Part shown: positions 8,688 to 18,800 of the stretch, in pieces
How the letters are laid out: each line of letters opens with the position of its first letter
Position numbering within the stretch: position 1 is the stretch's first letter
From: a virus
Length of the DNA stretch: 64,000 nucleotides
IMG/VR virus record: IMGVR_UViG_3300010885_017276
Span: 60,056-124,055 of that record
Reading direction: 5' to 3' (one strand)
Made by a program: the position numbers and the translations under genes
Notes under the pieces: model-generated
The model's database searches: none
What the model was told of the DNA's origin: nothing
What the model saw: the letters and a program-made list of their open reading frames with translations, nothing else

Positions 8688-9337
8688 TTATTTCGTTATT
8701 AGGCAGAATGGGCAGCGGAAAGGACACTGTAGGTAAAATTATACAATACTTATTATGCCACAGCGTAGGCGATGTTACAGCAGTTGAAGCTGTTACAAAT
8801 CCTGAGCATGATTGGTGGTTAGAGGAGCAATCAGAATGGGAAATCAAAAAGTTTGCAGGTAAGTTAAAAACTATAGCTTCCATAATAGCCGGTGTTCCCG
8901 AAGAGCTGTTTGAGCACCAAGAGTTTAAACAAAAACAAATGCCTAAAGATTGGGGAATGACATACAGAGAGTTCCTTCAAAAGCTTGGAACAGAGGCAAT
9001 GCGTAACGGGTTGCATCCAAATGTATGGGTAAATGCTTTGTTTGCTGATTATATTCCCTATTCTGTAAGAGGCAGTAGCTACGAACAAATAGAGACTAAT
9101 TGGATTATCACAGATGTGAGGTTTCCTAATGAGGTAGAAGCTATTATAAATAGAAGGGGGATCACTATTAGAGTAGTTAAACCAGACATGTACTCCTTAC
9201 AATCTATGACCCCAGCTCACGTTAGTGAAACAGCTCTTGATGATATCATGGTACATTATGAAATAGTAAATGATGGAACCATAGAAGATCTTGTGGAGAG
9301 AGTAAAAGAAATATTAACCAAAGAAAAAATAATATAA
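8684..9337 (+). CDS. Deoxynucleoside monophosphate kinase (T4 gp1-like)
   Basis: GRMGSGKDT P-loop, FAGKLK, REFLQKLGTE, ITDVRFPNE, HVSE and NDGT motifs. Confidence 0.92.
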   Translation: MIISLLGRMGSGKDTVGKIIQYLLCHSVGDVTAVEAVTNPEHDWWLEEQSEWEIKKFAGKLKTIASIIAGVPEELFEHQEFKQKQMPKDWGMTYREFLQKLGTEAMRNGLHPNVWVNALFADYIPYSVRGSSYEQIETNWIITDVRFPNEVEAIINRRGITIRVVKPDMYSLQSMTPAHVSETALDDIMVHYEIVNDGTIEDLVERVKEILTKEKII

Positions 9338-9705
9338 TGGAATACCTAAACATTAACGAAGAGTACGAAAGGTGGAAAGAAACTCTACAAGAAAGTAAGT
9401 TTATGTCTGACTTAGGTGAAAGACAACGAGAACGAGATTTTCGTGAGGCATATATGAGAGGCTTTGAGATGGCTACAAAGGCAGCAGATAAAAAGACTAC
9501 CAAAATGTACCTTGATAGTATAGACCAAGACTTAATTCAAGAAATGGTAGCTTATGCTGATAAAAATAAACCGGAAGTAAAAAGGGTAGAGGTAATACAA
9601 CACTCCCCTCCATACAACGGAAGAGCTTATACGAACTATGCCGCCAAAGAGGTGGAAGTTCAGTATCAAGATAGGGGAAGAACACTAAAAGTATTTTGTA
9701 AATGA
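9337..9705 (+). CDS. Hypothetical protein
   Basis: Translationally coupled on both sides. Confidence 0.7.
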   Translation: MEYLNINEEYERWKETLQESKFMSDLGERQRERDFREAYMRGFEMATKAADKKTTKMYLDSIDQDLIQEMVAYADKNKPEVKRVEVIQHSPPYNGRAYTNYAAKEVEVQYQDRGRTLKVFCK

Positions 9706-9806
9706 TGAAGTATCTGTTTTTAATCCTGCTATACGAAGTAGCAAGACCTAAGATAATTTGGTTGTGGTATTATTTGATTAATTATAACGAAAGAAGAAAA
9801 AAATGA
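9702..9806 (+). CDS. 34-aa hydrophobic peptide (not in ORF track), paralog of 5003..5104
   Basis: MMKYLFLILLYEVARPKIIWLWYYLINYNERRKK*; ATGA-coupled at both ends. Confidence 0.75.
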   Translation: MMKYLFLILLYEVARPKIIWLWYYLINYNERRKK

Positions 9807-10483
9807 AAATTTGGCACATTAGCGACACGCATACCTACCATGACCTTTTGGTTGTACCCGAAGGAATAGATATGGTAATCCACTCAGGGGATTGTAGTAA
9901 CCCAAGAAACCCTTATAACAATGAACCTGAAGTTTGGAGGTTTTTAGATTGGTACAAAGACCTACCAATAAAGTATAAAATATTTGTAGCCGGTAACCAC
10001 GACTCTAGTGTTGAGAAGGGGTTAGTCACAAAGGATGATTTTAACGAACACGGGATAGTCTATCTAGAAAACGGTTATACTATTATAGAAGACTTAAAGA
10101 TATGGGGAAGCCCTGTTACACCACAGTTTGGTGATTGGTCTTTTATGAAAGCCCGGCATAAGTTAGATGAGCATTGGAAGAACAATATGCCGGATGATGC
10201 AGACATTATAATTGTGCATGGGCCTCCAAAGGGAATCCTAGACTTAAGTTATAATAGAGAAGGCAGATTAGAATTTTGTGGTTGTAAAGCTTTGAGAAAC
10301 CACATCTTAAAAAGAGTTAAACCAAAGCTTTGTCTGTTTGGGCATATCCACAACTATGAGGATATTGTAAATGCCGGCACTGTGAAACTGTCAATTAGTG
10401 ATACTATTTTTAGTAATGGTAGCGTTGTGACAGATAGAGAGTTCGGCAGACTAAGTAGTCAAGGTAACATATTAGAAATATAA
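9803..10483 (+). CDS. Calcineurin-like metallophosphoesterase (MPPED-like)
   Basis: SDTH, HSGD, GNHD, HGPP and GHIH motifs. Confidence 0.93.
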   Translation: MKIWHISDTHTYHDLLVVPEGIDMVIHSGDCSNPRNPYNNEPEVWRFLDWYKDLPIKYKIFVAGNHDSSVEKGLVTKDDFNEHGIVYLENGYTIIEDLKIWGSPVTPQFGDWSFMKARHKLDEHWKNNMPDDADIIIVHGPPKGILDLSYNREGRLEFCGCKALRNHILKRVKPKLCLFGHIHNYEDIVNAGTVKLSISDTIFSNGSVVTDREFGRLSSQGNILEI

Positions 10484-12426
10484 TGAATTTAGACAAGGTA
10501 TTTATAATCGATGCAGAGTCAGACGGACTTGTTCCACAGTCCACCAAGATTTGGTGTATGGGGATTAGTTGGGTGGATGACAAAGGTAAATGGCAAGTAA
10601 AATCCACTACGGACTACGAGAACATGAGAAAGGTTCTTGTTAATCCGGAGAACACATTAGTTTGCCACAACATAGTTAGATTTGATGTACCCTTGTATGA
10701 AAAAATACTAGGTATCAAAGTCAAAGCTAGTGTGGTGGATTCACTCGGCTTGTCTTGGTATCTTTACCCTGAGAGAGGACAGAGAGACCACGGTCTTGCA
10801 GCTTGGGGACAAGAGTTTGGAGTCCCTAAACCTAAGATTGATGATTGGGAGAATCTTAGTGTAGAAGAATATTGCCATCGTGTAGAGGAAGATGTTAAAA
10901 TCAATACTAACCTTTGGATTAAACAATACAACTACCTAAAGAAGATATACCCCGATCCTCAAGACATTGTTAGAATTGTAAAGTATTTGAACTTTAAACT
11001 AACTTGTCTAGGTATACAAGAAGAAGAAAAGATTTTGATTGATGTTGAGCAATGTAAAAAGAACCTAGAGTTTCTACAAGGCATAGAAAGCGAAAAGAAA
11101 GATTTGTTAGAGGCGGCTATGCCAAAGTTGCCAATCAAGAAGTCAGTATCTAAACCCAAGGTCTTGCACAAGAAGGATGGTAGTTTGAGTGTAGCCGGAG
11201 CTAGATGGTTTGAGATTTTAAGAGAGAACAATATACCGGAGGACTTCGAGGGTGAGCTAAATATGATTGCCGGTTATGATGAACCGAATGCAGGAAGCCC
11301 CATACAAGTTAAGGACTGGTTATTAGGACTTGGTTGGAAACCGTTGTTGTTCGAGGATGGTCGTAATGGTAAAGTTCCACAAGTTCGAGACAAAGAAAAG
11401 ATGCTATGTAAAAGTGTCTTAGCTCTCAAGGAAAAAGAGCCGGCTATCGAACACTTAGACGGTCTGTCTGTGGTTACTCACAGGGCTGGTTACCTGAAGG
11501 GGTTTTTGGAAAAGGTAGATGAGAATGGTTATGCTGTTGCTTTTGCCCACGGCTTCACAAAGACATTGCGATTAAAGCATGCTAAACCTTTTGTGAATCT
11601 GCCTAAACCAACTTCCCCCTATGGAGACCTAGTAAGAGGTGTTATGATAGCACCTGAAGGCAGCATATTGATTGGTTCGGATGTTAGCAGTCTTGAGGAC
11701 AAGATGAAACAGATTTCTATTTATCCGTATGACCCTGAGTATGTTAACGATATGAACAGACCCGGATGGGATGCTCACTTGGATATCGGGTTAAAGAGTG
11801 GTATGATTTCTCCTGAGGAGTCTGACTTTTTTAGATGGTACAAAACCAAAGATAAAAAGAAAGAAGACTTGCCTGAGATATTCAAAGTATACTCAGATGA
11901 AGAGTTGTCTGAGCAGTTTGACAAGGTATCTAAGAAACGTGCTATTGCAAAGACAGGTAACTATGCTTTGACCTACGGCTGTGGAGTTCCTAAATTAATG
12001 GAGTCCACATCACTAAAAAAGAAGGATGCTCAGACCTTATACAATGGGTATTGGGATCGTAATTGGGCGGTAAAGAAGTTCTCTGAGGATAGATCTGTTA
12101 AGATGGTAGATGGTAAGGCTTGGATTTGGAATCCTATTACTAATTTTTACTACTTCTTGGCTTCAGAAAAAGACCGCTTTTCTGCTTGTAACCAATCTGC
12201 CGGAGTTCGAGTATTTGATGGGTATGTATACGAGATGATTAGACGGGGTGTTAGACCTATTTTCCAGGCCCATGACGAGGTTTTAATCAGATGTAAGGTC
12301 GAAGACAAAGATAGGGTAATTTCTGCCTTAAAAACCTCTATAGATAACGTAAACCAACAATATAAGTTTCCCGTAGATATCGAGATTGATATACAGACCG
12401 GAATGAATTATTCAGCAGTGCACTAA
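10483..12426 (+). CDS. polA: Family A DNA polymerase with 3'-5' exonuclease (T7-like)
   Basis: Exo DAESD and HN..FD; motif A DVSSLE; motif B RAIAKTGNYALTYG; motif C HDE. Confidence 0.95.
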   Translation: MNLDKVFIIDAESDGLVPQSTKIWCMGISWVDDKGKWQVKSTTDYENMRKVLVNPENTLVCHNIVRFDVPLYEKILGIKVKASVVDSLGLSWYLYPERGQRDHGLAAWGQEFGVPKPKIDDWENLSVEEYCHRVEEDVKINTNLWIKQYNYLKKIYPDPQDIVRIVKYLNFKLTCLGIQEEEKILIDVEQCKKNLEFLQGIESEKKDLLEAAMPKLPIKKSVSKPKVLHKKDGSLSVAGARWFEILRENNIPEDFEGELNMIAGYDEPNAGSPIQVKDWLLGLGWKPLLFEDGRNGKVPQVRDKEKMLCKSVLALKEKEPAIEHLDGLSVVTHRAGYLKGFLEKVDENGYAVAFAHGFTKTLRLKHAKPFVNLPKPTSPYGDLVRGVMIAPEGSILIGSDVSSLEDKMKQISIYPYDPEYVNDMNRPGWDAHLDIGLKSGMISPEESDFFRWYKTKDKKKEDLPEIFKVYSDEELSEQFDKVSKKRAIAKTGNYALTYGCGVPKLMESTSLKKKDAQTLYNGYWDRNWAVKKFSEDRSVKMVDGKAWIWNPITNFYYFLASEKDRFSACNQSAGVRVFDGYVYEMIRRGVRPIFQAHDEVLIRCKVEDKDRVISALKTSIDNVNQQYKFPVDIEIDIQTGMNYSAVH

Positions 12427-12441
12427 AATTATTGGAAAAAG

Positions 12442-12473
12442 CTTGCAGGATTAAAATATAGTCTGTATCTTTG
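12442..12473 (+). promoter_or_regulatory. Bacteroidota-type promoter
   Basis: cTTG-N20-TATCTTTG. Confidence 0.8.
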
Positions 12474-12496
12474 CTCAGAATTTAAAACTAAATAAT

Positions 12497-12727
12497 ATGA
12501 TAGAATTAGAAATTGAGTATGCCGGTGTACCTATGATAATCACCGGTTATTACACATCAGCTGAAGATGGTGTTATGTACTATTCAGATATGTCAGGTAA
12601 CCCAGGAATGTCGTCACACTTTGATATCGCTAAAGTTTTAGTAGGCGGTATAGATATTTGGGAGCTTTTGTCTAGCCAACAATTAAATAGTCTAACTGAG
12701 ATGTGTGTTGAAAAAGTAGAAGAATAA
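12497..12727 (+). CDS. Hypothetical protein
   Basis: Follows a promoter; TAATG-coupled to the next gene. Confidence 0.7.
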   Translation: MIELEIEYAGVPMIITGYYTSAEDGVMYYSDMSGNPGMSSHFDIAKVLVGGIDIWELLSSQQLNSLTEMCVEKVEE

Positions 12728-13002
12728 TGACAAAAGAAAAAAAACTAATACTAGATATTTACAGAGCTTTATACAAAGCTAGCACACCAAGTGCGGATTT
12801 TGATGAGCTTATGGAAAATGCTAGTGCCGATGAAAACGGCAGAAAGCTCATACCTTATGATGACTACTACATATCTTTGGATACCTATGATGAGATAATT
12901 TCATCTATGTTGAAAGGCAAAAGATTAACTAAGCTAAAACAGCAGATGATTCGTAATACTATACACCTAGGTTGTAGCCCTAAAACAATTAAAAATTTAT
13001 AA
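12727..13002 (+). CDS. Hypothetical protein (ends LGCSP)
   Basis: Translationally coupled ORF. Confidence 0.7.
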   Translation: MTKEKKLILDIYRALYKASTPSADFDELMENASADENGRKLIPYDDYYISLDTYDEIISSMLKGKRLTKLKQQMIRNTIHLGCSPKTIKNL

Positions 13003-13006
13003 AAGC

Positions 13007-13456
13007 ATGGAAAAGTTATATAAAAAGGTTGGCTCTAGATACAAAGAAGTTAGCCAAAAGCTATCACTAAACCAAGAGTTAGTGCTTACAGCGGCATTCA
13101 GATATGCATTAGGAAGGTCAACCTATATCGTAGGTTCAATTTGTGAGGAGCTTGTAAGACTTGAACCAGTATTAGGAGAAGGTCAAAAGGTTAGGATATC
13201 TAGAGAAATACAAGAGTACCAAGATAAACACGGCAAGGCTGGGATGGACATGGACAACGACGAGTGGAACTACGTCAAGTGGCTGTTCGATCCTGAGAAA
13301 AGAGTTATCCTAGAGGCCAACTACTACAATACAGACAATTGGGTAGAGGCGGAAGCCGTCTGTGGAGGAGTAGGAGCAGATGGAAAAGAGGTCTACCTAA
13401 GTTTAAATGATAAAAATGCCACTTACCACACAGTAAGAAACGTAAGAAAAAAATAA
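13007..13456 (+). CDS. Phage hypothetical protein (AFRYALGRSTY motif)
   Basis: Motif I recall from phage hypothetical proteins; tight gene packing. Confidence 0.7.
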   Translation: MEKLYKKVGSRYKEVSQKLSLNQELVLTAAFRYALGRSTYIVGSICEELVRLEPVLGEGQKVRISREIQEYQDKHGKAGMDMDNDEWNYVKWLFDPEKRVILEANYYNTDNWVEAEAVCGGVGADGKEVYLSLNDKNATYHTVRNVRKK

Positions 13457-13458
13457 CA

Positions 13459-14355
13459 ATGGAAAACGTATCCTTCTTTTATTATCCCTCGGATGTTAGA
13501 ATACCTAAGCCACTAGGAGAGGTTACATTTAAGCAGTTCTTGAATGCTAACAAGAATCCAAAAAAGGAGATAGCTGGGATATTCAAAAGAATCGAGGAGG
13601 CTACCAAAGCCGGTAATGATGAGTTAAAGACTTATCTAAAATCACATTTGTATTACTTTACACCTTGTGTAAAAACAGACGGTAATGGCCGTTGCTATAC
13701 TAATGTACTTGGGTTTACCGGTTTAGCTGTTCTAGATTTTGATAAGTTGCCCGATGCTCCGGCCTTTAAGCAGTTCTTGTTTGACAACCTTAAGTGTGTC
13801 GTGGCAGCTTACCTGTCCCCCTCAAAAAAAGGATGTAAGTTTATTGTTAGAATACCAAAGTGTCAGACCATAGACCAATTCAAGAGTTACTTCTATGGTA
13901 TTGGTTACTATATGGAGAAGTACGAAGGGTTTGACCCATCTACCCAAAATTGTATCTTGCCTTTGTACTTATCCATTGACCCTGACCTACTATACCGGGA
14001 GGATGCTGAAGTTTGGGATATCAAAGGAGAGAAGCTAGATGAGTTCAAGGACTTTGAGGGCGAAGTCAAAGTATTAGAGAATGTAACAGAAAACGAAAGG
14101 GACAGAGTCTTTAGTATTTTGAATAGGTCTATGGCTAAGATTTTAGATTCTGGACATTACATAGTTAGGTCGACAGCTTTGAGTGCCGGTGGTTATATTG
14201 CTAGTGGTTACATCTCAAAAGAAGAAGCGGAAGACTTGCTGTTTAAGCTGATAGATGATAATGCCTACTTAAAGAAGAACACTAGAGGTTACAAACAAAC
14301 TACTAAAGAAATGATTGCTAGAGGAATGAAGAGCCCTTTGTATTTAAAAGATTAA
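13459..14355 (+). CDS. AEP-superfamily primase, BT4734/VirE-N-like
   Basis: YFTP, GLAVLDFD, YLSPSKKGCKFIV and FDPS motifs, plus a helical C-terminal domain. Confidence 0.8.
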   Translation: MENVSFFYYPSDVRIPKPLGEVTFKQFLNANKNPKKEIAGIFKRIEEATKAGNDELKTYLKSHLYYFTPCVKTDGNGRCYTNVLGFTGLAVLDFDKLPDAPAFKQFLFDNLKCVVAAYLSPSKKGCKFIVRIPKCQTIDQFKSYFYGIGYYMEKYEGFDPSTQNCILPLYLSIDPDLLYREDAEVWDIKGEKLDEFKDFEGEVKVLENVTENERDRVFSILNRSMAKILDSGHYIVRSTALSAGGYIASGYISKEEAEDLLFKLIDDNAYLKKNTRGYKQTTKEMIARGMKSPLYLKD

Positions 14356-14358
14356 AAT

Positions 14359-14472
14359 ATGACTAAAAAAGACTTTTATCGTAAAGATTATTTAACATTC
14401 AAGAAAAAGTACAAACTTTTAGATAAAAAGTATGTTGTAAAATTTAATCAAGTTGTAGAAGATAAAAAATAA
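14359..14472 (+). CDS. 37-aa basic peptide (not in ORF track)
   Basis: MTKKDFYRKDYLTFKKKYKLLDKKYVVKFNQVVEDKK*; fills the intergenic gap. Confidence 0.4.
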   Translation: MTKKDFYRKDYLTFKKKYKLLDKKYVVKFNQVVEDKK

Positions 14473-14483
14473 TTGTAAATTTG
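14452..14483 (+). promoter_or_regulatory. Bacteroidota-type promoter
   Basis: gTTG-N20-TAAATTTG. Confidence 0.65.
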
Positions 14484-14517
14484 TAGGATGTTAAAAAATA
14501 ACCATTAAAAAATAAAT

Positions 14518-15738
14518 ATGGAGTTAGACAAAAGAAGATTACAGGAGCTTTACGATCAAGAACAAAGCAAAACCTTGGCCGCAAAAGCTTACTGTGAGGA
14601 AAACAGAATTGAGTACTCGGAAACATTCCGTAAGAAAGTAAATTCTATGATTGTGAAGGCAGAAAGATCGGGAGATTTTGAAAACGTATCCTATACAGAT
14701 ACCGTACAATACTCTGAAGACATTGCCCCACTTTCAGCATTGAAACCAGACGGTAAAATTATGAGTATCCAAGAGTATTGTGACTTCTACAATATCCCGT
14801 TTGAGCAAGTACGAACATTTAAGTTGGTAACTCATACAGGTAAGGGTGCTTATTATAACATAGCGTCTAATGCTATGGAGGCAGACTCTCTAAAGGGCTT
14901 TCATTCTCAGATTCTACAGGACATCGAAAAGATATCAACTAGACCTGTAACAATCCCTAGACCTGTCTTAAACAAGGATGGACACCTATTGGTTGTAGAC
15001 CCAGCAGATGTACACATAGGTAAGCTAGCAGATAGCTTTGAAACAGGAGAGTCCTATGATAATCAGATAGCTGTAAAACGTGTCAGAGAGGGCGTAGACG
15101 GCATTTTAGAGAAGGCCAAAGGGTTTGATATCAATATGATACTTTTTGTGGCTGGTAACGACATATTGCACGTTGATACACCTAAAAGAACTACCACATC
15201 AGGTACTCCACAAGATACAGATGGAATGTGGTACTCAAACTTTTTGATTGCAAAAGATATCTACATTGAAGTTTTAACTAAACTAATGCAAGTTGCAGAT
15301 GTTCACTTTGTGTTTAACCCAAGTAACCACGATTATACTCACGGTTTCTTTTTGGCAGATGTTATCAAGACTTATTTCAAGGATTGTAAGAACATCACAT
15401 TTGACTGCTCATTGGCCCACAGAAAGTATTTTGTGTACGGAGATAATTTGATCGGTACTACACACGGAGATGGAGCTAAACCACAAGACTTACCATTACT
15501 TATGGCACATGAGAGTCCTGAATGGAGCAACTGTAAACATAAATACATCTACACTCACCATTTACACCATAAAGTAGCAAAGGATTACATGGGAGTTTGT
15601 GTGGAGGCTTTGAGAAGCCCCTCTGGTACAGACTCTTGGCATCATAGAAACGGGTACGAACATGCACCAAAAGCAGTAGAAGGGTTCTTACACCACCCTA
15701 AATTTGGACAAATCTGTAGATTTACCCACATTTTTTAG
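14518..15738 (+). CDS. Calcineurin-like phosphoesterase/nuclease with N-terminal extension
   Basis: DVHIG, GND..H, SNHD, HGD and HHLHH motifs. Confidence 0.88.
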   Translation: MELDKRRLQELYDQEQSKTLAAKAYCEENRIEYSETFRKKVNSMIVKAERSGDFENVSYTDTVQYSEDIAPLSALKPDGKIMSIQEYCDFYNIPFEQVRTFKLVTHTGKGAYYNIASNAMEADSLKGFHSQILQDIEKISTRPVTIPRPVLNKDGHLLVVDPADVHIGKLADSFETGESYDNQIAVKRVREGVDGILEKAKGFDINMILFVAGNDILHVDTPKRTTTSGTPQDTDGMWYSNFLIAKDIYIEVLTKLMQVADVHFVFNPSNHDYTHGFFLADVIKTYFKDCKNITFDCSLAHRKYFVYGDNLIGTTHGDGAKPQDLPLLMAHESPEWSNCKHKYIYTHHLHHKVAKDYMGVCVEALRSPSGTDSWHHRNGYEHAPKAVEGFLHHPKFGQICRFTHIF

Positions 15739-15823
15739 CCTTAATATCACACGTAAAGTCCTATCGCCTTTATACAGTTAAGGGTTCCGAGTTATTAGCG
15801 TTAGAGTATAGGTAATTAAGGTC

Positions 15824-15867
15824 AAAAAAAAATCCCCTCTTAGATTAATTTCTTTGAGGGGATTTTT
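15824..15867. terminator. Bidirectional terminator between the convergent arms
   Basis: A-tract, atcccctc...gaggggat stem, then T-tract. Confidence 0.88.
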
Positions 15868-15875
15868 ATTGCTAT

Positions 15876-18800
15876 CTATTCTTCTGAATTTTCGTCTTCT
15901 TCTAGAGACTCTTTGTTTATAAACATTGCTATTGGAACAAAGCTCTCTGAGTTGTTAAAGTGATTATAGGCATCTCTCTGAGACTTCAGGTTTTTGGCTG
16001 AATACAAGTCAAAGTATGATTTAGCTCCTACCAAGTTTTTAATAAGATACGCTTCCTGATTTGTCAATCCTGAATATCTTCCTCTGTCTACTAGACTTGT
16101 GTCAAATAAATTTTGAACACTGGCCAAATTTTCAATCTTAGATAAACCTACAATAGGCTCTTTACTTGATGAATAAAACTCACCTAATATACCAAACTGA
16201 GAAGATGAAGTTTCGTTAGCAGTTCTCTCAAACATATAAGCTGTTGCTTGTGCTAGCATACTGTCATCATCGTCATCTGCCCACCCTGATATTGATAGAG
16301 TAAGTAGGAATAAGGCTGTCATAAAGGATGACTCGATCAATACCCTTCTTATGTTCTCTCTTTCAGTCTCATCTGCATTTTTATACATATTCTTGAGCTC
16401 TGTCATTGCCCCCATAAAGCTTTTACTTGCAACACCTTTGTTAATAGTATTTGTAAATGTTCTCATCACAGATAAGTAGGAACCCTCTTCAAATTGCCCG
16501 GTTTGCATATTTAGATGCTTTCTCTTGAACCTGTTAGATGTACCAATAGATAACCAAGCTTTGTGGGTCATTGTAAATCCTCCAAGTACGTGTCTTTGAA
16601 GCTGAGTTCTTTCTTCGTTCTTGATCTGACCATCTATTCTCTCGATAAGCTTCTTAACCTTACTTACTACACCAAGCTCCATGTTTCTGAACTCTTTTTG
16701 GAACTCTTCTCCATTGGTCTTACCCATATCTTGGGCTAACTTGTCGTAGTTATAGGTAACGCTATTATCTTTGATATCTAAATAGCTGTAAAGGGTTTTA
16801 TCTTTTAGTTTCTCCCAGTTACTCTTGATGCTATCCATTGTGATATTTGGGTCTGACAGTTTTTGTAACTCCTCGAATTTTTTGAAGTCTACTAACTTAT
16901 CACCAAATACCCTATGGCCGTATAATTGAGAAAGCATAGCTTTAGACAACGGCACAAAGTTAGCTGCGGTGTGTAAGATGTACATGGATTTTGACAATGT
17001 TCTTACACCTTTGTTGTACATAGAGTTTTCAAATCTAGCATTTAGATCAAATGCCCCAAAGTACTCACCCATTACAGATAATTTAGCCTTAGAGTTTATG
17101 TCTAATCCCTCACTAATAGCCGGAGTAGATATCTTTAAGAACTCTCTGTTGGCCATAGCCATAGAACCTTTGTCTACGTACTGACCAATAAGTTTTTCTA
17201 AGAACAGAGTAGTCTCTGCTGTAATCCAAGAGGTAAGTGGTACTACCACGTTAAGAGCCAAAGAGTTATTCTTTACCCAGTTGTGCAACCAGTTTACAAT
17301 CTTAGTAAGGTCTACCTGTCCTAGGAACGGAAGGTTAACCCTCCACTGCTTTAACTCCTTTACTCCAAATAAGTTGTAGTCCATATAAGACTTAAACATC
17401 TTGTAAGTGTTGGTAGCTTCAGCAGCTTTACCATCAGGGTAAACACGGTTCATTACCTTATCATTCAATACAGCAAACTCTGAGAATCTTTCTTTTTTAG
17501 CTCGGTATAACTCTGCTTGTTGTGCAAACAAGGCTGATGTATTAAACAAATCCTCAGAAACGTCTGTACTAGCTTCTAGTTTTTTCAAGAAGTATTTAGG
17601 TATGATTCTAATGTTAGCCTTTTTGATCAAAGACTCACCTTGGAACTCAGCACCAAATGCTTGCTCATCCACTCTAAATCTAGTAGCATCCAACCACATA
17701 TCTTTCAAAGCCCCTTTTTTACCTTGGAGTAATCCTTGGATTTTTTGGAACTTAGTCTTGGATATTTGAGGTGCTAGATACAAGTTTTGTAAACCTAGTT
17801 CTCCATAAGATCGTAAACTTTCTTTTTGGAACTCCATGTACTCAGTGTACAAGTCGAACATCTTTTGGTTTCTGGTAGGTTGTATTTTACCGTCTTTTAA
17901 GATCGGGTTATTATTGCTATCCAATTTTGGCCCAAACATATCCACAAACTTAGGGTTCAAAAACTTAGACAATTTTGGTTGTCTAGACCCACCCTCAAAA
18001 TCTGATTTGTAGTTTTCGTTCTTGAACTTAATTTCCCCCATTTCATAGTAAGAGAAATTATTACTAATTTTTATATCAGCTCTTTCATTAAGTGTAGTAA
18101 CTAAATCTGTTACAGACTGATTTCCTGATTTTAAGCTTTTGTAAAAGTCAGATACTCCTATTGGAGAAAATGCTCTATAATAAGGAGCCAGTTTTGACTC
18201 AGCATACTTAAGTTTCAAACCGTCTATATCAGAAGGTAATATCTGAGATAGTTCATTGATCCCGGATATCTTTTTGATAAGCTCTTTTTGCTTGTCAGAT
18301 ACGTGTCTTCCTGAAGCAAAGTCATCTAATATATCAGAGAAATTTCTAACTTTTTTTCTGTTCTCCGGGGTCATATTTTTATAGTTGAAATCTAACTTTT
18401 CTTCAGTTGTATTTCTTCTATTATCTTGTAATGCCTCGTAGTAAGCTTGGTTAGGGGTTGACTCAGTTGTCGCTTCCTTTTCTTCACCTACCTGTGCAAC
18501 ATCCTTGAACAAAGTGTAGAGTAAATTATAACTTCTATCGATGTCTTCTGACAATCTCAAGATGTGCTCCTTTACCTCTGCAGGTATCTCTGATGCAAGT
18601 GTGTTTGTATAGTTTTTAGAATCCTGGTATCTTTTTAAGATAGCCTTTCTTTCCTCTAACTGTGATTTGTATTTTTCAATTTCATCTATCCAAGTCTGTT
18701 CTGCGTTAGGCCCCTGAGCATACGAATCGATATAGGTCATCATTGTCTCAGATGTGTCAAACCCATTCCAGAACTCAGAAGAAAAACCTAAGCTTGTATT

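Noticed and set aside
174-12426. Introns or inteins in nrdA, helicase or polymerase
   Set aside because: The ORFs are continuous and of normal length, with no intein terminal motifs or homing endonuclease inserts.
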